Assembly: GCF_001194135.2 (NCBI RefSeq)
Contig: NC_068999.1
Location: 6,712,746-6,750,147, forward strand
Direction of reading: 5' to 3'
Length of the DNA: 37,402 nt
DNA from: Octopus bimaculoides
Lineage: Eukaryota
Shown: positions 1-24,714 of the stretch, piece by piece
How the letters are laid out: the number at the start of each line of letters is the position of its first letter
Position numbering within the stretch: the first letter of the stretch is position 1
The notes under the pieces: generated by a model
Databases searched by the model: none
Told to the model about the DNA's origin: nothing
What the model saw: the letters and a program-made list of their open reading frames with translations, nothing else
Position numbers and translations under genes: made by a program

Positions 1-170
1 GGATCGATCCCAAAATCTAATCAGTTCGTACCAGTCACGAGACCAAACATTCTTGAAAGTTTCATCCGAATCCATCCAGCGGTTCTTGAGATAACTTGTC
101 CATGGACAAACAAACAAACAAACAAGACTGAAAACAATACCTCCACCTTCCCTGAGGCGGAGGTAATAAT
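1..170 (+). mobile_element. 3' end of a Helentron/DINE-1-like non-autonomous element (tentative)
   Basis: (AAAC)n tract at about 107-124, then a GC stem-loop ACCTCCACCT-TCCCTG-AGGCGGAGGT (139-164, one mismatch) ending in AATAAT. This microsatellite plus 3' hairpin layout is typical of such elements. Family assignment not verified. Confidence 0.4.
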
Positions 171-199
171 GTTTTCAAATTTTGGCACAAGGCCAGCCA

Positions 200-350
200 A
201 TTAAATCGACCCCAGTGTTTAACTGGTAATTTTTATCGACCCGAAATGATGATAGCAAAGTCGACCCCAGCAGAATTTGAACTCAGAACGTAAAGACGGA
301 CGAAATGTTGCTAAACATTTTGTACGGTGTGCTAACAACTCCGCCAGCTT
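200..350 (-). mobile_element. tRNA-derived SINE, family B (diverged copy)
   Basis: Reverse complement matches the copies at 9889-10122 and 23890-24030 (gctggcgga...tagcac...gttctgagttcaaattc...gtcgactttg). Confidence 0.75.
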
Positions 351-552
351 ATGGCCATTATGTATAACACTTGCACACACAATCTTGATTCCATTACACA
401 AATTCTTGTCTAGAAACGGTCTAAAGAGACTGCAGTCTTCTTTTGGTTCAATGTCGACTATCTGATCGAACAGAATTTATAACCAAAGCCATTCCAGTTG
501 TGATCGTTCCGAGTGTTTTTTTATAGAAATGTCGGATATCCTTGCTTTGTCA

Positions 553-1307
553 NNNNNNNNNNNNNNNNNNNNNNNNNNNNNNNNNNNNNNNNNNNNNNNN
601 NNNNNNNNNNNNNNNNNNNNNNNNNNNNNNNNNNNNNNNNNNNNNNNNNNNNNNNNNNNNNNNNNNNNNNNNNNNNNNNNNNNNNNNNNNNNNNNNNNNN
701 NNNNNNNNNNNNNNNNNNNNNNNNNNNNNNNNNNNNNNNNNNNNNNNNNNNNNNNNNNNNNNNNNNNNNNNNNNNNNNNNNNNNNNNNNNNNNNNNNNNN
801 NNNNNNNNNNNNNNNNNNNNNNNNNNNNNNNNNNNNNNNNNNNNNNNNNNNNNNNNNNNNNNNNNNNNNNNNNNNNNNNNNNNNNNNNNNNNNNNNNNNN
901 NNNNNNNNNNNNNNNNNNNNNNNNNNNNNNNNNNNNNNNNNNNNNNNNNNNNNNNNNNNNNNNNNNNNNNNNNNNNNNNNNNNNNNNNNNNNNNNNNNNN
1001 NNNNNNNNNNNNNNNNNNNNNNNNNNNNNNNNNNNNNNNNNNNNNNNNNNNNNNNNNNNNNNNNNNNNNNNNNNNNNNNNNNNNNNNNNNNNNNNNNNNN
1101 NNNNNNNNNNNNNNNNNNNNNNNNNNNNNNNNNNNNNNNNNNNNNNNNNNNNNNNNNNNNNNNNNNNNNNNNNNNNNNNNNNNNNNNNNNNNNNNNNNNN
1201 NNNNNNNNNNNNNNNNNNNNNNNNNNNNNNNNNNNNNNNNNNNNNNNNNNNNNNNNNNNNNNNNNNNNNNNNNNNNNNNNNNNNNNNNNNNNNNNNNNNN
1301 NNNNNNN
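553..1307. other. Assembly gap (N run)
   Basis: N bases. Other gaps: 6553-6764, 20097-20106, 21274-21283, 26016-26485. Most abut (TA)n tracts. Confidence 1.
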
Positions 1308-1347
<40 letters not shown>

Positions 1348-1765
1348 CGGACTAAAAATTATGGATTGAATCTTTTTTATTCGCTCTGATACTTAGCATA
1401 TATATATATATATATATATATATTGTTCAAATGTACAGATGAAAGAGACATTAGTTTGATGGTAGGTAAAAATGGGAAAAAGTGATATTTTGAGCCTCTG
1501 TTCTTCGAAAAAAAGGAAAGAAAGTGGACAGAGAGAAAAAAATGTGCCTGGATTAGCGACTTCAAGACATATAAACCAATGATAGAACTTGTTATACATA
1601 CATGTGTGTGTGTATATTTATACATGTGTGTGTGTGTGTGCTGTGAGAACATACATGTCTGTGTGTGTGTATCTGTGCATGTATGTATAATTGGTGAAAC
1701 GTATTTATTTACTAGATGTATAAAGACAGGCACAAAGAGAGAGAGAAGGAGGGAGCGAGACTCAC

Positions 1766-1893
1766 CTGTTTTTCCGTTTGGCTTTATAAACATGTCCGTA
1801 TGTTCCTCTTCCAACTTTACAACCTTCATAGTCAAACAATTCTTCAACCTTCGCACGCTCAGCAGCAGTTTTCATCTTGAAATCATAATCCAT
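1766..1893 (-). CDS. CDK8: Cyclin-dependent kinase 8/19 (Mediator kinase), first coding exon
   Basis: Translates [42 protein letters not shown] plus 2 nt, matching the CDK8/CDK19 N-terminus (MDYDFK...[17 protein letters not shown]) with the Gly-rich loop. 128 nt followed by donor GTGAGT. Missed by the ORF track. Later exons were not found in the window. Confidence 0.95.
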
Positions 1894-2849
1894 TATTGAT
1901 GTTGATGTTGTAGTTATTATTTAGGAATAATGAAGATAATGACGATGTGATGAACGGTTCATTAGTAATTTTTTTTTTAATGATGTTGGTAATGATGATT
2001 AAAGATGATGGTAGGTTTGTCTCTTGAAAAATATATATATAGATATATACATATATATATAAAAAGAGTGAAAATTATTAAAACAAATAAAAAATAAAGA
2101 AAGAAATATTATTATTGGTATTATTTTTTTTACGAATGTTATATTATTATTAAAGATATTAATAACATTATTTTTGTTCACTATATATATACATATATAT
2201 ATATATAATATCCCTGCTTTGAATGTTGTCAATGTCCAATGAAGCTCAGTTTAATTGGCTCACATAATTATTACCTTTGTATCAATCAGTTTGCACGTGC
2301 GTGTATATGCGTATGCGTATATGATGTGTATGCATACATGTATGTGTGCATATGGACTGCTATTCATGTTATTATTGTTGTTGTTGAAGCTGATGATGGT
2401 AAATACTAGAGTGATAGTAATAATGGGAATAACAAATTAATGCTAATAGTTGTTACTTTGGTGTGTTCGGCTTGTGATAATACTGTTAATTAATTATGTG
2501 ATTTGTAACAGTCTTGTCTCTAAAATATACACCTCGCCACTTTTCAATAGAGGTTCCTGTTCTGGCCTTCCTTGCTTGATGTTAATTTTTTCTGTTATCT
2601 TTCTTCTTCCAATAAATATATTTTTCTCTTTTGGCTTTCTTCTTTCTTTTGGGGGTAAAAAAAAATGAAAAAAATAAATAGCTTCTTTTCTTTTCTGCCA
2701 GTAGTGCCTTCTGATTATGGTACGATATCTAAAGGACTACAGTTAAAACGTGTTTCTTTAGGCGAGAGGTGGACAAGAGACTGAAAAAAACCGTCAGACA
2801 CCAACCCCAACCCACAAAAAAAAATCAGGTTTTATGAAAAAAACCGGTA

Positions 2850-2857
2850 ACCGGAAG
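2850..2857 (+). promoter_or_regulatory. ETS/GABP-type motif CCGGAAGT upstream of CDK8
   Basis: Exact consensus in a locally CpG-containing patch about 960 bp upstream of the CDK8 ATG. Function is inferred only. Confidence 0.35.
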
Positions 2858-2954
2858 TTGACTGATGAACTCTCCTGGTCATGCTTTTATTAATTAGTGG
2901 AACTCTCCTGTAACATCTCTTTTCAACGCTTACACAATATTCTTTCTTTCTTTC

Positions 2955-3262
2955 TTTCTATTTATCTATCTATCTATCTATTTATCTATCTTCCTCTTTC
3001 TCCTATCTATCTATCTATCTATCTATCTCCTATTTATCTATCTATTTATCAATCTATCTATCTATTTATCTATCTTCCTCTTTCTCCTATCTATCTATCT
3101 ATCTCTTTATCTATCTATTTATCAATCTATCTATTTATCTTTTCTATCTCTTTATCTATCTATTTATCAATCTATCTATCTATCTATTTATCTATCTATT
3201 TATCAATCTATCTATCTATCTATTTATCTATCTATCTTTTCTATCTATCTATCTATCTTATC
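2955..3262. repeat. Compound (TATC)n microsatellite with internal block duplication, followed by CT-rich low complexity to about 3810
   Basis: Directly visible. The block tttatctatcttcctctttctcctatct recurs at about 2983 and 3066. Confidence 0.95.
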
Positions 3263-4203
3263 AACATCATTTCCCCCTTTGTTCATATTTCTCTCCCTCT
3301 GTTTCTTTACTTATACTCTCTCTCTCTCTCTCTCTTTATTCACACTCAGTTTCTGTCTTTGTTTACTCTCGGTTTTTCTGTCTTTCTCTTTATTCGAGTT
3401 TAATTTCTTTGTCTAATCAAGATCATTTTTTTTCTTTCTTCATCTCTCTCTCTCAGTTTAGTCTCCGTCATTCTCTGTCTCTCTTTATTCAAGCTCAGAT
3501 TTTCTCTGTCATTCTCTTCATTCATGCTTAATTTCTAATTTCTTCCGCTAATCAAAATTGTTCCCATTATTTAATTTTTTTTTAATTCATTTCCTCTCTC
3601 TTTAGACAGACTCATTCTCTACGTTTTCTCTTTCTCCCACTCTTATCTCCCCTCTCTCTCTCTCTCTTTAGTCTTTCTCTTCTTTTTGTCTATTCTTGGC
3701 TCTCCCGCTCTCTTTTTCTCTCTTATCTCACTCACCTTTTCTCTAATCATGTGCATGCTGTCTTTTCTTCCTTTCCCTTCTCTTTCTCACTCTCAATCTC
3801 TCCCTCTCTCGCATAAACTTGCGCGCACGCGCTTTCCCTAAATGTGAGCATATAGAACAAGGCAGACGGAAGAGGAAGAGACCGCTCTGATTGTGTCATC
3901 ATTCGTTAACTTCCGTCAATCAATAACCGGCAAAAATCGAAACTAAATCATACAGAGCTAGAATCGTTAAAATTCATGCACAAGGCTTACTTCTGGTTTT
4001 CTTTCGTTTTATGATCAGAAAATGCAAAATAAAATTTCCAGATGGGCATATCGAGTACCATCCCCCTCTCACCACCTTTTTAGAATTTTTAATTTCACCT
4101 TCGATGAATTAGGACGGTCGTTAAAGTGTTGAATGGACTGTCTCGATGTCTTTGTTCAGACTGAAGTCTACTTTGCATATGAATTCGATTTTTAAAAAAT
4201 CTG

Positions 4204-4226
4204 CCAATCCAGGTCGGTTAGATTGG
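4204..4226. promoter_or_regulatory. Inverted pair of CCAAT boxes in the CDK8-MCCC1 divergent intergenic region
   Basis: CCAAT at 4204-4208 and ATTGG at 4222-4226, inside a relatively CpG-rich stretch (about 3810-4400) between head-to-head genes. Confidence 0.35.
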
Positions 4227-4456
4227 CGGAGCAATAAGAAAATCAGTTGCGATTTCAAATCCCGCTAACTTCAGTAATAGATTTAATCCGTCGCTTGGGG
4301 TTTACTGCCGGTGGCAGGAACCTTCTGTGCAATCAATGGAATCCATTCTTTTGCAAGTATTTGAGCCAAATCTTTTGGTTGGAGGATAACGTCGTGGTGG
4401 CCATATATAGATAATGCCATTCAACCTGACCAAAAAATAGAATGTAATGCGTTGAA

Positions 4457-4623
4457 TTTTTGTGCCTTATAATTTTCGTTGCGTCTCGCAACCTTTTCAA
4501 TAGTCTTGACTCTTGAAAGACTATTGAAAAGGTTGCAAGACGCAACGAAAATTTTAAGAAATTAAAAATAAGGAATAAGTGGAAATTTTACTGGTGAGTG
4601 TGTTAAATTATAAGGCACAAAAA
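4457..4623. mobile_element. Palindromic MITE-like element with nested inverted repeats
   Basis: Inner arms 4471-4507 and 4517-4553 (37 bp, 1 mismatch, 9-nt loop). Outer arms 4457-4474 and 4606-4623 (18 bp). The motifs gtgccttat and gtgagtgtgttaaatt recur at 22594-22691. Confidence 0.65.
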
Positions 4624-5959
4624 GAAAATGACTCTCCCCAGACACAACAGTATGTATATATATATGTATATATATATATACACACACAGAGATGCAGCAC
4701 AGAATTTTGTCAGTGAACAGGTCGCGGTCTCAAAGCGACGAAAATATTTTGACAAATTAAATTTAAATGTTGAAGTGAATCTAATGGTTTTTGTGTGTTA
4801 TTTTAAATGGGTTATAAACACCTTCCACGCTGCAATTGTTTTCGATCCAGCACACGATCTCAGATCAGGTCATTTGCTATGCAAGTACATCTCCGTAATA
4901 TATACATATATATATATTCATTTTATATGGCATAACAAATACGGTAAATTGTTCTGATCTTATATAAGACGGCAGGATATGAATTGGAGAACATTTGGTT
5001 GTTATCTGTTGCCGATTAAGAGATCGGGTGGAATCTTTTCTGTGCAAATTATGAAGAACATTTGTGTGGCAGCCACATTAGACAAAAAAGCAAATCATGA
5101 AAGAAAAGCCAAGTCAGAGACAAACCAAACGAATGAAAGAATAATCGAATCGCTGCACTAAGAAAAGATTAACCGAATCACCGAATGAAAGAATAACGAG
5201 GAGGAGCCGTTGGTTGGATACGGGAGATTACTCTTCAGTCTTAATTGGTATTTTGTAAATAACGCATCTTGAGGTCGTGTTATAAGAAGTTTCCATCAAA
5301 ATATCAGGTAGAATTTTTACTTTGCAACTCAATTTTGACCTCCACGGAATGAGGTCTTTCTTTTTTGATTGAATCTCTCATGGAAACTACCGTTGTTGTC
5401 ATTATTATAATATATTTATTGCTGGTATTCATGTTTTAGAATTGTTCTTTTACACTTTGCCCTGTTAATAGTATTACCGGTCACCTTGCTTTTATGTAAA
5501 ACAGGCAAACCCACAAATCACATTTTTTTGTTGTTCTTCTTTTGTTTATGTCGTTCCTATAACCTTGTTACTGTTATCATAGATTAATATATATATATAT
5601 ATTAATCACTTCATTATGTGGCGCTAATCCAAGTTTACACCATATGGGGCTGGTTCGTTTTTCGTGTTTAAAAAAAAGACTGGAGCAAAAGTCTAAAAAG
5701 CGAATTGTTTTGGTGAAAAAAGAAACGTTCCAAAGTAAAAACATTACTTGTGTTGTGAAACTAAACTAGCAACGTGGTCTGTCTTTTTTTATCGTGTTGT
5801 TCAAACGTTCTTTTATCCATATCTACACATATCCCTATAAATATATATATACTTAAGCCAAAATGTTTGCCTGTATGTAGTCTTTATACTGCTAGATATA
5901 GCAGCCAAATTTCCTTCATATCACACCTGTGTTTCTGAATATCTTAACAGAACACAGTG

Positions 5960-6318
5960 ATGCTCACCAAAGATTTATTTCATCGTTCTCCAAAAAAATG
6001 GTGGCATTGTAAGTAGGATGTGAAGTCTTTTGCAAACCATCATTAAAACACGTAATTGTGCGATAACGTTGAACGTGGTGGTCCGAAAGAGATAACAGCG
6101 TGGTATCTTGGGCAAATGTCTTCTACTAAATCACAAGCCGACCAAAAGTTCTGTGTGGATTTGGTGATGGAAACTGAAAGAAGCCCGTCAGTTGTCCACT
6201 ATTCAGAATCAGAAACACATATAATGGAATGGAATGTTTATGATACCGGTTATAATTATTTTTGTAGTTTCAAGGAGTTGGAACTGGTCGCCGATTTGTG
6301 ACGTCTGTGTGAAGAGAG
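5960..6318 (+). CDS. MCCC1: Candidate MCCC1 presequence exons 5960-6008 and 6268-6318 (tentative)
   Basis: ATG...CAT T|GTAAGT, then tttgtag|TTTCAAGG...AAGAGAG|GTGACA. Both end in phase 1 and join the 7878 exon in frame: MLTKDLFHRSPKKWWHFSRSWNWSPICDVCVKRV. The WxW recalls human TWVW. No transcript support; could be chance. Confidence 0.2.
6095..6190 (+). mobile_element. SINE family A fragment (diverged)
   Basis: cttgggcaaatgtcttctacta...gtggatttgg...aaactgaaagaagcccgtc matches family A. Confidence 0.7.
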
Positions 6319-6779
6319 GTGACAAGAATGGCTCCTTAGTACATCATACGGTCGATACAATAAATATAGATACAACAATGCATATGTGTACCAGAGGGAA
6401 ATAAGAGACACAACCGGGTGGAATGTTTAAGAGAAGATTTATTGATATGTTAACATGTGTGATCGTGTGTACGTCATACAGGCCGCCATAAGAATAAGAC
6501 GTATGCGTGTGTATACACATATATTTATATATATATACACATTTAATTATATNNNNNNNNNNNNNNNNNNNNNNNNNNNNNNNNNNNNNNNNNNNNNNNN
6601 NNNNNNNNNNNNNNNNNNNNNNNNNNNNNNNNNNNNNNNNNNNNNNNNNNNNNNNNNNNNNNNNNNNNNNNNNNNNNNNNNNNNNNNNNNNNNNNNNNNN
6701 NNNNNNNNNNNNNNNNNNNNNNNNNNNNNNNNNNNNNNNNNNNNNNNNNNNNNNNNNNNNNNNNATATACACATACACA

Positions 6780-6818
<39 letters not shown>

Positions 6819-7129
6819 TATATATTGTATTTTGTAGGGTTTCTGGAATTCCTGACTTCCAACAGAAATGACGGGTGAGTGTATAATTCATAAACATTTT
6901 CTCTCTTAATCTCTGCCTCTCCCGCCCTTTCTCCTTCTCTCTCTCCTCCTCCTCTCTCTCCTCGTCTCTCTACCTCCCTCTCTCTCACTAATTCTGTTGC
7001 AATGTGATGGCTTTATGCCCTTTCAACGATCCTGAGGTCTCTGCCAGCAGAGTGCAAGCTCGTAGCGGATTTTCTATAGTTGGATGGCCTTTCTTTTCGC
7101 CAACCTTCACCTGCTCCTAGGATAAAGAC

Positions 7130-7529
7130 CCCCTTTGGTCATGAATGACCACGGAATTGCACCTAGAAAGTCCACCCCCAAGGCACAAGTCCAGGCAAAG
7201 TTGTTTATGGAAAACCAGCAGTTGCCCATACATACCAGACTCCCCTCTTCACACCATCAATATTACCCAAGGGAAAGGCAAAGGGGCCGATACAGCTTGG
7301 CACCGGTGACGTCGCAACTCATTTCTACAGCTGAGTGAACTGGAGCAACATGAAATAAAGTGTCTTGCTCAAGAACACAACACACAGGCTGGTCTGGGAA
7401 TTGAACTCACAACCTTACGATTGTGAGCCCAACACTCTAACCACTTGCCCAAGGTGCCACGCAGTGGGAATGAACCCGGAACCATGTGGTTGGTAAGCAA
7501 GCTACTTACCACACAGCCACTCCTGCGCC
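7130..7529 (-). mobile_element. SINE family C copy fused to a family A head
   Basis: About 7260-7442 is the reverse complement of family C (11536-11815). 7443-7529 is the reverse complement of the family A head (ggcgcaggagtggctgtgtggtaag). Confidence 0.8.
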
Positions 7530-7877
7530 TGAACTGTTATAATATCAAATGTTCCTGATGTTCTCTTATTACTCTCCAACTGTGTATCCTCAACAAGCAC
7601 TCCACGATATCTCTATTCAGTAATTCCTAGGACCTCTACACCATGACTGCTCCTATGACACTCTTCCCAGATAGTTCTGTGTAATGCTCATTTATACTAA
7701 CTACTATAGTCCACTTAGCCAATCAGTGAGGTGTACAGATTCCCCATACAGCACTCAGCCACACCTGCACCTACTAATCAACTAACATTTGTTTCTGACT
7801 GTATTTTATATTTGTTTATATAATTATGTTTATTTTACTTACTCTCTTTTTACCTCTATCTCTTTATCTCCACATAG

Positions 7878-21173
<13,296 letters not shown>

Positions 21174-21323
21174 GAATTACTGAAAACTTTCACAACAAGT
21201 AAAGAAATACAACAGAAGTCACATCAGAATATTTGCAGACAAAAGAAAATTAGTTTTATATCAAAATTTAGGTNNNNNNNNNNTTTTTTTTTTTTTTTTC
21301 TGAATTCTTTAATATAAATCAAA

Positions 21324-21329
21324 AATAAA
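21324..21329 (+). terminator. Candidate MCCC1 polyadenylation signal AATAAA
   Basis: First AATAAA about 150 nt after the stop; a second lies at 21577-21582. Confidence 0.4.
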
Positions 21330-21788
21330 TAATTTATAAATGAAATTCTTGGAATTTTAAACATTTATTCATATATTTATGTAGTTTTATTCATGAGGAG
21401 GTCATAGCATCAAAAAGTCCTATCACAAGCAACCCTCATTACACTATTTCATATGTCCCCGGATTTATTAATCCAGGATTCTCACATGCCCACAAGTGAA
21501 GGGCATCTAAAGATAATCACACAGATACAAAAAAATTATTTTCAATTAGTCATGCATGATGTGGTAATCCTCTGAAAATAAACACGAATTTATTTATCAA
21601 AGAATACCTTATCATGGATTAAGATATACTTTTGGTTTTTTTTTCCCCCCCCTTCTGTTTATATTCCTTATTCTATATTCTCATAATCCTATAATTCTTT
21701 ATTCTTATATTGTACTCCTCATTATATTTCATTTTGTTTGTTTGGGGGGGTGGTTAATATTTTTTCTTTTGTATGTCTTTGCTTTATT

Positions 21789-21990
21789 TTATAATTTGTG
21801 AGCAAGTAAACTTGGGTTTTCCTTGTCAGATAACCAAATATCTGTGCTACAGTCTCCACCAGGATAATGCATTTCATGGGCCAAAACTGGACCCTCCGGT
21901 TCCTCACGAAAATCCACGCAGAAGTCTCTGTTGAGGGTAAGGCCACCAGTGATAGTGTTGACATCAACCTGGAGCATCACAGAACCATTC
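21789..21990 (-). CDS. SELENBP1: SELENBP1 last coding exon
   Basis: (K)[66 protein letters not shown]; ttctgtag|. Confidence 0.95.
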
Positions 21991-22509
21991 CTACAGAATA
22001 TAATCAGAGATTGAAACAGAGTACAAATTTAAAGAACATAACAACATAAACAAAAAAATAAAGTACCATATTTTCTGATATATAAGCCAAATTTTTCAAA
22101 CCAAAAAGAACAAGGTCAACTTATACACCATGATGACTTTGGAGGACCAAAAATTCCATGTGAAATGCAGCAGGATTTGTAAAGATAGTGATGATGTTTG
22201 AATGTTTATACTACATTGCTTTGTAGACCAGAAATACATAAAAACACCATAGATGCAGAGTGCAGTCTGTTAGACTCATTTGAAGCTGACAATCCACCAG
22301 TTTCATCCCTCTGCCAATTCGTTTTTACTCCAGTTGCACCCCTCTACATATATATATAAGGATTTTGTAATGAGATAAAGAACCAAGGCTGTGTATAATA
22401 TAGAACATTTATAAATAGAAGGTCTTACAGCTGTTCCCAGGATATTTATTATATCCCTTCATCGGAGACGGTGTGAGAGGATGGACACCACTTTTGCTCA
22501 TAACCTATA

Positions 22510-22558
<49 letters not shown>

Positions 22559-24682
22559 GTTTTATTGTGCCTGGAGAGAGTCATTCTCTTTCAGTGCCTT
22601 ATTAATTAAACACACTCACCGGCGGTCTGATTGCCACTCATGAAAATAATAAGTTAATGAGTGGAAATCAGACCAGTGAGTGTGTTAAATTGATAGTGAA
22701 TGATGTGATTGCAGTATAGCAAAAGCACAAGTCCTGCTACAGTTGCTGAAATGGTATCCAAGGAATTAAAAGAGGCCATTCGAAAGACCTCTGAGATAAA
22801 TGGAGAAGAGGATTTAGTCAAAACATGGAAGAGAAGGGCAGCATCAGGGGAGAAATGAAAGCACATTGTGACTACATCATGGTGATGGTGGTAGCGGGCC
22901 GTGGTAGTAATAGTGATGTTGCTGTTGTTGGTGTGGTATTAGTGATGTTATTGTAGTGATAGTGTTGGTGGTGGTGGGGATAGCGTTGTTATTTTTAAGT
23001 GGTGCTGTTGTTGTTGTGGTGGGAGGGATGAAGGGGGTTGGCTGTTGTTGGTAGTGGTAGTAGTGCTGATGACAGGGAGGGAGGTGTCGTTAGTGTTGAT
23101 GTTATTGTTGTTTGCGGTGATGGTGGTGGCAGTGGGGTTCATTATTCTTACTAATGGTGGTAGTAGTAGTAGTAATCGTGGTGGTGGCGATGGCTGCAGT
23201 GGTGGTGGTGGTGGTATTTGTGTCAGTTTGTAACTGGTTCACTGAGCCTCTGACAATATCTATTCTATACTGATAAGTGACCTAAAAGTTTGAAAGGGGA
23301 AAAAAAAGTAGGATTCCATAAAAAATCACCCCACCCCACACACACTATACAGAGATGGGGATGGAATCCAGTAAGAGGACACTTGCTGAAGCTACAGAAT
23401 TTTTTTTTTTTTTTTTTTTTTATGAAGAGGATTAATAAATAGTTTTATTCAGACACTAACCATGTACTTGGCTTAAGTTTCCCTTTAACAGTAAAAAAAA
23501 AAAGAAAAAACAAGAGAAGAAATTAGGTCAGAAGGCCAATGTTTAGATAAAGAAACGACTGAAACAGATTTTAAGATGTTTTTCTTCACACACACTTCTC
23601 AATCTCCTGATTATACATGTTTACCCTTTGGAGGCCGAACCTGGTTTGGAGTTTCAATGACAAGAAAACAGAGCATTTTTCACAAGCTCGACAGAGGGCA
23701 TGCAGTTATTTTTCAAAAGGAATTACGAAAAATTAACTAATTACCCTGCATATATAAAGCTATATATATTCTTGTAGAAAATTGAATGAACTAATACAAT
23801 TTTCTTCGTCATTCGACTTTTCGGCCAATAGATTGGCCCTGTCATCCAAGAGTTAAGAAACTTGCTAATTCTCTGCTTGCATATATCAAGGCGGTGAGCT
23901 GGCAGAACCGTTAGCACGCCGGGCGAAATGCTTAATGGTATTTCGTCTGTCTTTACGTTCTGAGTTCAAATTCTGCCGAGGTCGACTTTGCTTTTCATCC
24001 TTTCGGGGCTGATAAATTAAGTACCAGTTAATTTATGTGTGTGTATGTGTCCGTGGCTCAGTAGTTAGAGCGTCAGGCTCACAATCATGAGGTAGTGAGT
24101 TCAATTCCTGGCCCAGGCTGTGTGTTATGTTCTTGAGCAAGACACTTTATTTCACGTTGCTCCAGTTCACTCAGCTGTAGAAACGAGTTGTGACATCAAT
24201 GGTGCCAAGCTGTATCGGCCCCTTTGCTTTTCCCTTGGATAACATCAATGGCATGGAGAGGGGAGGCTGGTATGCAGGGGCAACTGCTGCTTTTCCATAA
24301 ACAACCTTGCCCAGACATGTACCTTGGTGGGGGGGACTTTATAGGTGCAATCCCATGGTCATTGATAACAGAAGGGGGTCTTTACCCCTATATATATATA
24401 TATATATTAATAGTAATGGTAAGACAACAAAAGAATGAATGAGAACTCGATATTATGTAAATAGAGGAATTTATCTGTAATATAATATGTGACAATTATT
24501 CGGTTGCCATAATAAGACTCCGAGTTTCGGATGTCAGGGCGGAAACCTGCTCCGGTATCTTGTCAGTTATCAAGGCAATCGATAACTGACGAGATGCCAG
24601 AGCAGGTTTCCACCCCGACATCTGAAACTCAGAGTCTTATTATGGCAACCGAGTAATTGTCACATATTATATTACAGATATA

Positions 24683-24714
<32 letters not shown>

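Noticed and set aside
513-1389. Long ORFs made of X residues (also 6344-6897 and 25997-26548)
   Set aside because: They are translations of N gaps and flanking (TA)n.
2897-3403. 168-aa hydrophobic ORF (SIYL repeats)
   Set aside because: Translation of a (TATC)n microsatellite; no protein motif.
3991-4061. Minus-strand ATG ORF MVLDMPIWKFYFAFSDHKTKENQ ending at a GTAAG donor
   Set aside because: No recognisable homology, and the CDK8 start is already complete at 1893. At most a 5'-UTR exon or uORF.
4807-4885. MGYKHLPRCNCFRSSTRSQIRSFAMQ, which looks like a mitochondrial presequence
   Set aside because: Only weak donors follow (gtcatt, gtacat), and no phase-compatible path to the MCCC1 exons could be shown.
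4979-5161. 60-aa ORF upstream of MCCC1
   Set aside because: No usable donor and no similarity to MCCC1 N-termini.
21284-21299. Poly-T run suggesting a retroposed poly(A) tail
   Set aside because: It abuts an N gap, has no TSD, and SELENBP1 retains its introns.
22948-23233. Thr/Asn-rich and Val/Gly-rich ORFs
   Set aside because: Translations of a degenerate trinucleotide tract inside an intron.
23890-24120. tRNA-like A/B boxes suggesting tRNA genes (also other SINE heads)
   Set aside because: Each continues into a shared multi-copy SINE body and no complete cloverleaf could be formed.
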